Under the pieces are notes generated by a model. That model searched no databases. It was not told the DNA's origin and worked only from the letters and a program-made list of their open reading frames with translations. A stretch of 64,000 bases of DNA. Origin: Candidatus Vogelbacteria bacterium. Lineage in GTDB: Bacteria > Patescibacteriota > Minisyncoccia > Phycocordibacterales > XYD1-FULL-46-19. A program made the position numbers and the translations under genes. Below, piece by piece: positions 18,340-29,700 of this stretch (positions are counted from its first letter, which is position 1; each line of letters opens with the position of its first letter). The stretch is taken from positions 8,727 to 72,726 of the forward strand of contig CAIRHC010000007.1 in NCBI GenBank assembly GCA_903878275.1. Direction: 5' to 3'.

Positions 18340-18960
18340 TTAAATAGCGTCTTTGATCGCCTTGTGAGCCTGACCAATTTCTTGATTGGCAATACGGATA
18401 TTTTTCACTGTATCTTTCACTAGTTCTTTTAGTTGTTTTAAGGTAATTGCTGATTTTGTTGGTTTTGAAGCTCCGTCTCTGGCGGAAATTATAACCAAAT
18501 TATTCTCGGCTTTTTCGATGGCTTCTCTGGCGGTATTCAAATGATTCGTCACTTCGGTTTTTTGGATTTGAGTTAGTGGTGAGCTGGTCGCTAGATTTTC
18601 GACTAATAGATAGTAGTTTTCAATTTTAATGATTGAAGTTTCCAAATTACTACCCATCATTCTGGAGTAACCATTGGCTTGAGTGTTGCCCCAAGCGTTA
18701 AACTTATTTTGCCAATAAGCTAGGCGATTGGTTAAAGCGGTTTTTTCTCGGCTCCAAAAATTTGGTTTGGCGACAAAAGTCGTACTGCTGGCTGGGTAAC
18801 CAAGCGTGGTAAAGCTGTTGGTTGGAACTTCTTCCGCCATAGACAAAACTGGCGAGAGGATAGCCAAGAGAATGATAATTTTTAGGGTTGTTTTTGACAC
18901 CCCGTCAGAAAAACACCCATCAGGGTAGCTATATTTACTGCTGTTTGATTTGCACATCAT
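18340..18960 (-). CDS. Hypothetical exported coiled-coil protein
   Basis: Signal-like hydrophobic segment, helical C-terminus. Confidence 0.65.
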   Translation of the reverse strand: MMCKSNSSKYSYPDGCFSDGVSKTTLKIIILLAILSPVLSMAEEVPTNSFTTLGYPASSTTFVAKPNFWSREKTALTNRLAYWQNKFNAWGNTQANGYSRMMGSNLETSIIKIENYYLLVENLATSSPLTQIQKTEVTNHLNTAREAIEKAENNLVIISARDGASKPTKSAITLKQLKELVKDTVKNIRIANQEIGQAHKAIKDAI

Positions 18961-19109
18961 ATTTTTGTTGGTTTTTTAAATTTAGCTTCTAACGGGGCAA
19001 GTATTTTCAGTGTAAACCTTTTGCAGGATAATACAACAATAGGGTTGGTTTGGGAAGAGGCAAACCGCCCGCCCCGCTTTTGGCGGGGCGGGCGGTTAAT
19101 CCCACCTTC

Positions 19110-21116
19110 CTAACCCATCAAACTCACCAACAAGCCAACCATCAACAAAGCTACAATGTTTAAAATCTTAATCATCGGGTTGATCGCCGGACCAGCGGTA
19201 TCTTTGTAGGGATCACCGACAGTATCACCGGTCACCGCTGCTTTGTGAGCGTCCGAACCTTTACCACCGTGATTTCCTAATTCAATATATTTTTTGGCGT
19301 TATCCCAAGCGCCACCACCAGAGGTCATCGAGACTGCCAGGAAGAAGCCCGTGATTATAGAGCCAACTAGGAGGCCTCCAAGGGCAACTGGGCCCAAGAT
19401 TAAGCCGACAAGAATAGGCGTAAGCACCGGAATAAGAGCTGGAACAATCATTTGGCGAATTGCCGCCACCGTCACGATGTCCACACACTTAGCGTAATCC
19501 GGTTTGCCGGTACCAGCCATAATGCCGGGAATTTCGCGGAATTGTCGTCGGACTTCGTCCACAATTTTGCCAGCCGATTTGCCAACTGCCTCCATACATA
19601 GAGCGGCGAAATAATAAGGCAAAAGACCGCCGATAAACAAACCGACAATCACATAAGGATCATTCAAGCTAAAAGTTAATTCTTTGCCAAGAGTAATAAA
19701 TTCTTGAGCATAAGCCGCAAACAAAACCAACGCCGCGAGAGCCGCCGAACCAATAGCGTAACCCTTGGTCACGGCTTTGGTGGTGTTGCCGACCGCATCA
19801 AGCGGGTCGGTGACATTACGGACTGATTCTGGCAGCCCTGCCATTTCGGCGATACCACCAGCGTTGTCAGTGATTGGACCATAAGAATCAATCGCGACAA
19901 TAATACCGGTCATCGAGAGCATTCCCATCGCGGCAATCGCAATACCGTAAAGTTCGGCGAAATAATAAGCGGCGAGAATACCGCCGACAATTGTGACGAG
20001 CGGTAAAGCCGTTGATTTCATTGAGATGGCGAGACCTTGAATTACGTTTGTGCCGTGACCAGATTCAGAGGCTTTGGCAATCGATTTTACTGGTGCGTAT
20101 TCAGTTGAAGTAAAGTATTCTGTAATATAGACAAGCAAACCAGTGACAATCAATCCGACAATCGCACAAGCGAAAAGATCGAGGGTGTCGTAAAGACCGT
20201 TACTCGCCATCAGCCAGTTAGTCAAAGGATAAAAAGCGACAGCCGACAAGACGCCAGCGGCGATTAAACCTTTATAAAGAGCACCCATAATATTCTGGCT
20301 TTTGCCAAGACGGACAAACCAGGTGCCAACAATAGAGCAGAGGATGGCGACACCGCCAAGAGCGAGCGGATAAATCAAAGCCGATTCGTTGCCTTTGAAA
20401 AGTAAAGAGCCGAGCAACATTGTGGCAATCAAGGTCACCGCGTAAGTTTCAAATAAGTCTGCCGCCATACCGGCACAGTCTCCGACATTGTCGCCCACGT
20501 TATCGGCAATTACGGCTGGATTTCGAGGATCGTCTTCGGGGATTCCGGCTTCGACTTTGCCGACCAAGTCTGCGCCGACGTCGGCCGCCTTAGTATAAAT
20601 ACCACCACCAAGACGAGCGAAGACCGAAATTAAACTGGCGCCAAAACCAAGACCGATCAAGGCTTTGACATCACCGGTTAAAGCAAAGAAAACACTAACG
20701 CCAAGTAAAGCCAAACCGACGACCAGCAAACCAGTCACCGAGCCACCACGAAAGGCGAGTTGTAAAGCGTCATTTAAACCATTTTTCGCCGCTTCGGTGG
20801 TGCGGACATTGGTGCGAACAGAAACGTTCATTCCCACATAACCAGCTAGAGCCGAGAAGACGGCACCGATGACGAAACCTAAAGCGGTAACTGGACCGAG
20901 AGCCAGCCATAAAATCGCAAACAAAATCACCGCAATACCGGCAATAGTTTTGTATTGACGATTCAAATAAGCACTGGCACCTTCTTGGATTGCCAAAGCA
21001 ATTTCTTGCATTTTGGCGTCGCCAGCTGGGCGTTTGATAATAAGGCTAATCAGGACTAGTCCGTAAGCGATAGCGATTAACGAACTGCCGATAGCAAACC
21101 AGATGTAGATACTCAT
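19110..21116 (-). CDS. hppA: Membrane-bound pyrophosphatase, K+-independent type
   Basis: [26 protein letters not shown] (Lys determinant), [11 protein letters not shown]. Confidence 0.95.
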   Translation of the reverse strand: MSIYIWFAIGSSLIAIAYGLVLISLIIKRPAGDAKMQEIALAIQEGASAYLNRQYKTIAGIAVILFAILWLALGPVTALGFVIGAVFSALAGYVGMNVSVRTNVRTTEAAKNGLNDALQLAFRGGSVTGLLVVGLALLGVSVFFALTGDVKALIGLGFGASLISVFARLGGGIYTKAADVGADLVGKVEAGIPEDDPRNPAVIADNVGDNVGDCAGMAADLFETYAVTLIATMLLGSLLFKGNESALIYPLALGGVAILCSIVGTWFVRLGKSQNIMGALYKGLIAAGVLSAVAFYPLTNWLMASNGLYDTLDLFACAIVGLIVTGLLVYITEYFTSTEYAPVKSIAKASESGHGTNVIQGLAISMKSTALPLVTIVGGILAAYYFAELYGIAIAAMGMLSMTGIIVAIDSYGPITDNAGGIAEMAGLPESVRNVTDPLDAVGNTTKAVTKGYAIGSAALAALVLFAAYAQEFITLGKELTFSLNDPYVIVGLFIGGLLPYYFAALCMEAVGKSAGKIVDEVRRQFREIPGIMAGTGKPDYAKCVDIVTVAAIRQMIVPALIPVLTPILVGLILGPVALGGLLVGSIITGFFLAVSMTSGGGAWDNAKKYIELGNHGGKGSDAHKAAVTGDTVGDPYKDTAGPAINPMIKILNIVALLMVGLLVSLMG

Positions 21117-21247
21117 AGATTATGTTTGTTAAAAAGTGATTATAATTTGATAATAAATAATGGCTGTATCATAGCATATTTTCATAAATTGGCTAGGAAG
21201 TAATACTTCTTGTTTATTTTTGGTTATACGAATGGTAAAATTAAAAA

Positions 21248-21640
21248 ATGGAACAAAAATTTGATTTGTGGAATGAAATAAAGAAAAAAATTGACAGCGA
21301 AGACAATCTCACCGAACGATTTCCAAAAGAAGGTGAGGTCTGGATGAGCTCGTTGGGAAAAAATGTCGGTTTTGAACAAAATGGTTCCAATGACAACTTT
21401 TCTCGTCCCGTTTTGATAATAAAAAAGTTTAATAATCAGATGTTCTGGACTATTCCATTGTCTACCAAAAAGAAAGCCTTTGATTTTTACCACAACTATA
21501 CCGATCCTAGCGGAGAGAAGGTGTCAGCAATCTTGGCTCAACTGAAGTTGTCAAGTGTTAAAAGATTAAAAAGAAAAATTTATGATTTACCAAGCCAGCA
21601 ACTCCCAGAAATTAAAGAAAAATTGAAAAAATTTCTCTAA
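21248..21640 (+). CDS. PemK/MazF family toxin with no adjacent protein antitoxin
   Basis: GEVW..LGKNVGFEQNG..FSRPVLIIKK..IPLST. Confidence 0.85.
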   Translation: MEQKFDLWNEIKKKIDSEDNLTERFPKEGEVWMSSLGKNVGFEQNGSNDNFSRPVLIIKKFNNQMFWTIPLSTKKKAFDFYHNYTDPSGEKVSAILAQLKLSSVKRLKRKIYDLPSQQLPEIKEKLKKFL

Positions 21641-21643
21641 AAT

Positions 21644-21696
21644 TCGAAACCCCGCCAATTGTGGCGGGGTTTCTCGGAGCCTTACGGCACTTTATA
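21644..21696 (-). ncRNA. Putative small RNA convergent on mazF
   Basis: Minus-strand TTGACT-16-TATTCT at 21729-21702; GCC-GTAA-GGC, TCCGA, GAAACCCCGCC hairpin. Confidence 0.6.
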
Positions 21697-21733
21697 TTCA
21701 AAGAATATCAATTATAAAGGAAAAGTCAAGTTT

Positions 21734-22909
21734 TTACACTGGCTCCCCATCAATGACTTCCGCAATTTCTTCACCTTTTTCTTCAATCGCCTCGCCTTCT
21801 GGCGTGCTGATATCAATTTTCCAGCCGGTCAATTTAGCAGCGAGGCGAGCATTTTGACCACCTTTGCCGACGGCGAGCGAAAATTGATCGGGGCTGACCG
21901 AAATTTGAGCCTCGTGATTTTCTTCGTCTAATTCAATACTCAAAACTTTGGCTGGTGAGAGAGCATTGCTGATGAAAGTTTTGGCATCGTCTGACCATTC
22001 GGTAATATCAATTTTTTCACCACCCAATTCGCTGATGACGGTCGAAACACGAGCGCCTTTTTGTCCGACACAAGAACCAACCGGGTCAATGCTGGGATTG
22101 TTGGAAGCGACGGCAATCTTGGTACGGGCGCCGGCCTCGCGGGCGATAGATTTTATTTCTACAATACCGCTGGCAATTTCTGGGGCTTCAGTTTCAAAAA
22201 GCTTGGCAATAAATTTCGGATGCGAACGAGACAGTCTCAAATTTATGCCACGTGGCGTTTCTTCCACTTGATACAAATAAGCGCGGATTCTCTCACCTTG
22301 GCGATAAAATTCGCCAGCGATCTGATCTTCGCGTAAAATAATCCCAATTGCCCGTCCCAAATCGACAAAGACATTCCCGCGGTCAATTTTTTGCACCGTG
22401 CCATTCATAATTTGCCCTTCTTTTTCTTTGTATTCTTCGAGCGTGGTCTCTTTTTCGGCTTCACGGATACGCTGAATGATCACTTGTTTGGCAGTTTGGG
22501 CGGCAATTCGTCCGTAATCGTCTTGGGTGTCGAGTGGAAAAATAATTTCATCATCCACCTGCGAGTCTTTTTTCATCTTTCGAGCGTCTTCGACGGTCAT
22601 ATGGTGCTCGTCATTAAAGCGCGGCCGAAGATCTTTTTCCTCGCCATCTTCTTCGTTTTCGTCCTCATTCTCCAATTCCTCCGGCATTTTGACGGTTGTC
22701 TCGTCGGCAACAATCTTGATTTGGCTAAAATCTACCTTTCCGCTGTCAACATCAAAATGCGCCCGAATAATCTGACCTTTTTTGCCGTAGTCTTTTTTGT
22801 AAGCGGCGACCAAAGCATCTTCGATCGCTTCGATAATTCGCTGTCTTGGAATGTGTTTTTCTTCCTCAAGCTGTTCCAAACCAGCTTTTAGGGCTTTTAA
22901 ATCCATCAT
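21734..22909 (-). CDS. nusA: Transcription termination factor NusA
   Basis: GRIAAQTAKQV, AREAGARTKIAV, GKGGQNARLA; an in-frame ATG at 22963 is an alternative start. Confidence 0.95.
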   Translation of the reverse strand: MMDLKALKAGLEQLEEEKHIPRQRIIEAIEDALVAAYKKDYGKKGQIIRAHFDVDSGKVDFSQIKIVADETTVKMPEELENEDENEEDGEEKDLRPRFNDEHHMTVEDARKMKKDSQVDDEIIFPLDTQDDYGRIAAQTAKQVIIQRIREAEKETTLEEYKEKEGQIMNGTVQKIDRGNVFVDLGRAIGIILREDQIAGEFYRQGERIRAYLYQVEETPRGINLRLSRSHPKFIAKLFETEAPEIASGIVEIKSIAREAGARTKIAVASNNPSIDPVGSCVGQKGARVSTVISELGGEKIDITEWSDDAKTFISNALSPAKVLSIELDEENHEAQISVSPDQFSLAVGKGGQNARLAAKLTGWKIDISTPEGEAIEEKGEEIAEVIDGEPV

Positions 22910-23291
22910 AATTTTGCTTGGGCGCCCGGTTTTTCTTGAAAATTCAAGAAAAACCGGGCGCATCCTATTTTATTAATTAATAATAGTGTCTATTTAAAAA
23001 AATGACCCGGTTGCAGTGAGCAATCAGGATTAAATACATGGTAAACTTTGAAAGTGAATTTGTCAATTTGGTTAATAAAAAAATTTTTTAAAAATACTCG
23101 GAATTTTTGCTTGCAAAAATTCCGAGTATTTCCTTTTCCAAAAAGTTATCAACAGTTTTAAAGAAATTTATTTTCGGTGCTGTCAATTTTATTGTATAAT
23201 AAAAACAAACTAAAAAGCGTTCTGCGAAATCTTTTTTTGTGTAATAAAATTATTATTAATAAATAACATAAAGCTAAAACATTCCTTTGGA

Positions 23292-23669
23292 ATGTTCGCT
23301 AAAAAAATTATGGATCAATTAGCTCCTTCGGTTCCATCCGAAAATGGGACAAAAAAAATCACTATTATTAGTGTCGTGGTTATTGTGTTACTTCTGGTCG
23401 TTGCTTTTGTACTTCTTTCAACTGGTGGTAATCAATCAGCTCCGGGTATCACTACTGGTGGTGCTCAAAAGATGACCGATGCCCAGCGTCAAGCGATTAT
23501 GGATTCATTAGCCAAGTCCGCCGCGACCGCGCCAAAAATGACCGACAAAGAACGCACCGCCATTATGGACTCACTGGCCAAGTCCGCTGCAACTGCGCCA
23601 AAAATGACCGACGCCGAACGTCAAGCCATTATGGATTCACTCGCCAAGTCCGCTGCCTCGGCTCAATAA
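23292..23669 (+). CDS. Membrane-anchored protein with three tandem ~22-aa repeats
   Basis: TM segment, then KMTD..R.AIMDSLAKSAA(TAP) x3. Confidence 0.75.
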   Translation: MFAKKIMDQLAPSVPSENGTKKITIISVVVIVLLLVVAFVLLSTGGNQSAPGITTGGAQKMTDAQRQAIMDSLAKSAATAPKMTDKERTAIMDSLAKSAATAPKMTDAERQAIMDSLAKSAASAQ

Positions 23670-23767
23670 ATATTATAAATAAACCCGCCGAAATTTTTCC
23701 CAAAAAAATTTCGGCGGCCAATCATCCCAAACATTAAAAACTAATCATTAAACATTAACCAACAACT

Positions 23768-26700
23768 ATGTCAAAATATCAAAAACTTATCCCAACCCTA
23801 AAAATGCTTCTCTTGGTCGTGGCCTTGCTGGCTAGTAGTACGGTGGCTCTGGCTGACTACTCTGCACCGACAGACTCGCCACCAACCTGTAATCCAAATA
23901 CTCCGGGCTGTTTGGTTCCGATAAATGTTGGGACAAGTTCGGCAAGCTCACAAGAAAAGAAGGGATTGTTGAGTCTTGGTGTTTTGAGTTTGATAAGTGG
24001 TTACGTTGATACAACACTGGAAGCTGCAAAAAATATGGTCGCAACGATTGTTTCTGATACCACCTCTTTGAATATTTTTGGTAGAGGCACTTTTCCTAAT
24101 CGAGTAACAAAGGTTTGGGACAACCTTTGGGTTACTGGCACTGCCTCTTCGACAAATGTCGTAACCACAAATCTCTATGCAACAAGCACGTACGCCACTC
24201 ACTATTATTGTGCCGATGGTGGTACAACTTGTGGAATAGGTGGTACCGCTGGCGTAAAAACAATAACTGGTAATACTGGTATTACCGCATCCTCTCCTGA
24301 TTCGTCTGGTAATGTCAATTTGACAAACACTGGAATCGTCGGAATAGAACCTGGTAATGGTATCGAAGTCTCCTCAAAAGATTCTAACGGTAAAGTGACC
24401 ATAACAAACAAAAATCCGAATGCTGGTGTTTCTCAAATAACTAGCACGGGTGGTACGGTGAAAATTACCCCAACCGATGGTGGGGGGAAAGGGATTGTTA
24501 ATCTTGAGGTTGATCCTACTAAAATCGTTACCGGAGTTTCTGGCTTAAAGAAAAGTGGTAGCATAACCTTGACTGGAACTGAAACTGACGGTGTGTACAC
24601 TGGCGAAGTCACGATCGGAGGCGGAGGTCCCGGCGAATCTGTCTGGGTTCCAAACTATAATGATCCTGATCAACAGGGGCATATTGGTGTTAATTATCCG
24701 GCAGGTGCTGTCGGCATCGGTGAACATAGCCCAAATCACCAACTAGAGTTGGGAACCAATTTTACTGGTTCCACAGCTGCGCAGGACGAGTTGTTCGGCG
24801 ATATGATGGCCTCTTTTCTCGTGCTTAATTATTTTGAGACCAACCCGATAAGTAGTGTTGCTTCGAGCCGTGTAATAAATGCTCTCTATTCTGTCAAAAG
24901 AGCTGGTACAGATGGAAATACTCCACCATATAAACAAACTGATCTATATTTTAACGAAAACAAAGTTGCCACGAATGAAAATATAAATAATATCATTCAG
25001 GAATGTATCAATGCTGGCAGTTGTTCAAGTTTTGGCGACAATCTATGGTCAGTTTCAACCGACGCCAACGGTAAAAAGACAATGGCTCCGAACGGTAATC
25101 CCGATATTATAAGTCTCGGCACTGTAAATACTGGTGAATTAGGTGCTACCGACATTAAAACTATCGGCGGTGGCTTAGGCAATATTACCGCTGGACGTTA
25201 TGTTTATGCCAATCAAGGACTTTACCTTGGAAAACCGGATCCGAGTGTGCTTGGACAAAGCTCTGTCAGTCAGCTTATTGGTGATGAAAGGATTCTAAAG
25301 TGGGAAGATAGTCCGGTTTTGACTTTAAAAAACTATGCTGATTATATTACCAATTTGGGCGATAACTCTTGGATTGTTGGAGATGGTACTATTTCTCTAA
25401 AAACTCCAGCAAATAAAGTTAACATCGACTCAAAAGACATCACTATCGGTAAAATGACAGCTGACAACGTTTCCGATGGCACAGTCACTGTTCTTAGCAA
25501 TCTTGTAACAAAGAATATAGACACACCTAATGATATTACTGCTGGGAACATCAATGCTGTTTACGATGTTAAAGCAAACAGAGTTATAACTGGCCAAGAT
25601 CTTCAACTTGGTCTCGCCAACTCGATCATCCGTCAACAAAAAATTGGTGACACTGACGCTTCAGCTTTGACATTCTTAACTGGCGGACAAGCTGCCGCCA
25701 ACATTTATTCTGGCGGTCTATCTGTCGCCACTCAATACACCGCGGCGTCAATTCCTCCAAACAAAGGTGCTTATATCGAAGGTTCTGTCGGCATCGGCAC
25801 ACAGCCAGCTACCGATATGAAACTCGACGTTGTTGGTAATATCAAAGCCTCGGATAAAGTATTAGCTTCAAATCTATGTACCGTAGATGGGGCAAATTGT
25901 AAATCAACCGGAGATATTATAAACAATTTCGGCGGCACCAACGTCTGGGAGACTTCTTCTTATCCTAATGCTGTAACTGGTCCAAACATCCAAGCTGAAT
26001 ATTCTGATGCTCGAGCTGGAAATACTGGTGTTGTCGCGAAGAATATGAACGCTCTGGGTTCTTCGGGCTTTGGAGCTATTAAGGACTATGATCCCACCAA
26101 GCAGGCACCAGGAGCGCCTTATGTCGGAGATCCTTTCCGAGATTCGATCCGCTTTATGGCTTATGGAAGTAGTATTAGCGAGGGTTTGGATTCGATAAAA
26201 AAGAGCGGTGCGGAAATAATGTCTGGTGTAAATATGACCGGCGGTTTGTCTATTACTGCTGGTGCGCCTGCCGGTGATATTCGTTTCTATGCCGGCGGAC
26301 GTAAAGCTGAAAACAGGATAATGACTCTGACGAAGGCTAATGGTAAACAATATATTCAGGCTCCTTCTGCGACCTTGGGAGTAAAGGATATTACAGCAGA
26401 CTCTGTCGGCATCGGCACAGCTGCTCCCCGTGGCAGTCTAGACATCAACAAAGGTTCAGCAATGTGGTCCAGCTACAACTATGGCAAACAGCTTGTTCTT
26501 GATGCTGGTACCGGACAAAACACCGGTATGGCAATTGTCGGAGACGATGCAAAAAGCAAAAACTGGGGAATTACCGCTGGCTCTGACGGTGAGAGCTTGA
26601 CCATAAGTGCAATGCCTAAATTAGACGATTTTAGTACACCACCCGATGGTTTTATGAGTTTTAATAGAGCAACCGGTGTCTCTTTCAACAAAAATGTCGG

Positions 26701-29700
26701 TGTTAATGGGAATATTCAAGGCATTGGTGTCTTGGCTGATAATGTCACAGCAAATTCTGTACAACTAGCCGGCAATGGGGGTGGCGACGGTCTTACCTCC
26801 GATTCCAATAATAAACTTCTCTGGAATAATACTCCGGTTGGAGGCAATAATACTTTTATTGGTGGTGATAGCTCCTGGGCTTCGACTACTGATTTCTTAT
26901 ATCCAAATAGTGATCAATTCAGTAAAAACGTCGGCATCGGCACCCAATCTCCGTCCGAAAAACTAGAAGTTGCTGGAAATATTAAAGCCACTGGGAATAT
27001 CAGTGCTCAAGAAGGTTATTTCAATAAACTAGCCACATTTGGTGCCGGAGCTGTTACTTTTGGAAAACATGTTGTTAGTAGTATCTTGCAAGTCAACGGT
27101 GGTGTCGATCTGGCTGTTCACACAGGCAACGTCGGCATCGGGTTGCCTAAGATTATGCAGGCTGGAGACTCTCCCGGTAACCCCTCCGCTCCTGGCATAC
27201 CAACCGCTAAGTTAGATGTCGGCGGGGATATCAAGTCAAATTCTCTGATTTTAAATTCAAAAAATAGCGCTACTGACAACAGTGGAGCTCTTGAGGTTGT
27301 AAGGATTGGTGGAGTGCCAACTGTCCCACCTTCAGACGCAGTGACGGTTTCCAGTTGTCAGTCCTGGAGGAATGGTTACCCCACAAACTTTTTTACCGCT
27401 TACGATGATGTACAAGGTTGTAATGCCGCTGTTGATGCTGGCGATTTGGTTTTCCCTCATGAGATCATTCCTGCCTCTGGCGGGACTCCAGCTTCGGGCG
27501 GATCGGTCAGTCTCTATTTCGACGGCAAACCAGTCGGCGACAATGCGTGGACCAAAAACGGTAACGATATCACCAACAGTAATACTGGCAATGTTAATAT
27601 AAATTCAAATAACATAACGATCGGACGAATGAAAAGTGATGGCTATACCCCCGACGGTACAACACTCATCTTGAGTAATCTCGAAACAAAAAATCTTTTT
27701 TCCTATGGAGGTATTTCAAACCTAGGCAATATTACTACTCAAGGCAACGTCGGTATCGTCAATAATATCACTGGATATGTTCCCCGTGGCAGTCTAGACA
27801 TCAACAAAGGTTCAGCAATGTGGTCTGGCTCCAACTACGGCAAACAACTTGTTCTAGATGCTGGTGTCGGACAAAACACCGGTATGGCAATCGTCGGAGA
27901 TAATGGGGCTGGCAAAAACTGGGGAATTACTACCACTGGTAGTGGTGACAACCTGGTTATAAGTGCAATGCCTGGCTTGGAATATAGCGATACTGGTCAT
28001 CAACCTGATAATTTTATGAATTTTAGTAGAACAACCGGTGTATCCTTCAACAAAAATGTCAGTATCACTGGCAATGTAAATGCCAGCGGAAATATCACCG
28101 GAAACGATGTCGCCGCAAATACTCTGAATGTCCCGACAATCACGACGACCAACCTTATCGCTTCTGGTTCAGTCATCTCTCCTGTTGTCGCCTTAACTAA
28201 TAATTCTGCCAACCCCGTGTATAAAAGTCTCACTATGGACAATAGTGGAAAGCTGTTGTTTGGCGGCAAACCAGTCGGCGATAACAATTGGACAAAAGAT
28301 GCCCGGGAAAATATTAGTAACAGTAATACTGGCCTAGTCTCTGTCGGTCCAGTTAAAGATTATCTTTCGAGTTCGAACATTAAATTTGCTGTTAATGGTG
28401 GTAGTATGGTGGTAAGTGATGATCTGTATGTTGGTAGTGGAGGTTCTGACCCGAAGGGTGAGCTTATTTTGCAAGGGAAGAAGGGGATTCAGTTTTTAAA
28501 TTCGCTCGAAATTAGTGATACTGCCGCGCCTAATTCTTTGTACACAAAAAACTCCGGGTCGGACCTATACTACAATGGCCTACAGATAAATACCCCACCG
28601 TCTTGGAATCCAAGTGGCAATAATATCTCATATGCTGATACCGGCAACGTCGGCATCGGCACCAATGCTCCGCTTGGAAAATTAGATATTACTGGTGGAG
28701 CATCTTCTATCCCCCCTTCTTCAGGAGTTGCCCCGGCGACATCGCTTGCTCTTCGTTTGCACGACAACTCTAATGTCGTTTTAGATTTTGGTCTGAACAA
28801 CAGTAACGGTTCGTGGTTGCAAACAGCCAACAAAACAGACTTGAATGCAAACTATCCATTATCATTAAATCCAAACGGTGGAGGCGTCATTATTGGAAAA
28901 AACCCAATAAATGGTACCATCACTGCTGGATTGACATTGGATGTAGCCGGAGCCATAAAAGGTACCGATGTTTTTGCAACTCACTTGAATGTTGCTAATA
29001 ATGATTTTAATCCACTCGAACCAGCTATCAAGGCTGCTTCATATGTCTCTGGTCGATATGGTGGAGGATATGTTATGCGGGATAATACTAATAATTATGC
29101 GGGTATGTGGACAGACAACAACGGAAATACATTGAAGTTGTCCGCTGGCGGGTCGGCAGATAGTGGTAAATTGAATACGACCAACATAATGTCCTTAAAC
29201 TACAATGGAGATGTTGATGCGACAAATTTCTGTATAACCAGAGGTACCAAACGGAAATGTCTTTCTGACCTATTATTCACAAATTCTTCAATAAAGTTGG
29301 ATTCTCTTGGTGTAGATAAGAATACTGTTTCTTTTAAGATATCTTGGGGAAAGGTAGTCGTCTCGGATACTGTTAACTGGCGAGTTGCATACAAAGACAA
29401 CACCGGGGTGGAGAAAGAAAAATACAACATACCAATCACTGAGGCTGCCGGTGAGTACTCTGGAAGTTTTGAAGTTACTGGTGCGACCGGTAACTTTGTG
29501 TTGACAGCGTCTCTTGTTTCAGGTGGGGGTATTGATGATAGTGTTTTTGCACAATTTTATATTACCCCACCACCAACACCTAGTGTTAACATTGTGTATG
29601 CTGCCTCTGAAAAATGCCCTGCACCTATTACAGATCCAAATTGTTTCTTGCCTAAGTTTCGGTTTGACTACGCAAACATTCCTGATCACTATAAAGCGAT

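Noticed and set aside
26425-28060. DGR template/variable repeat pair
   Set aside because: Both copies are in frame within one ORF, differences include indels and are not adenine-specific, and no reverse transcriptase is present
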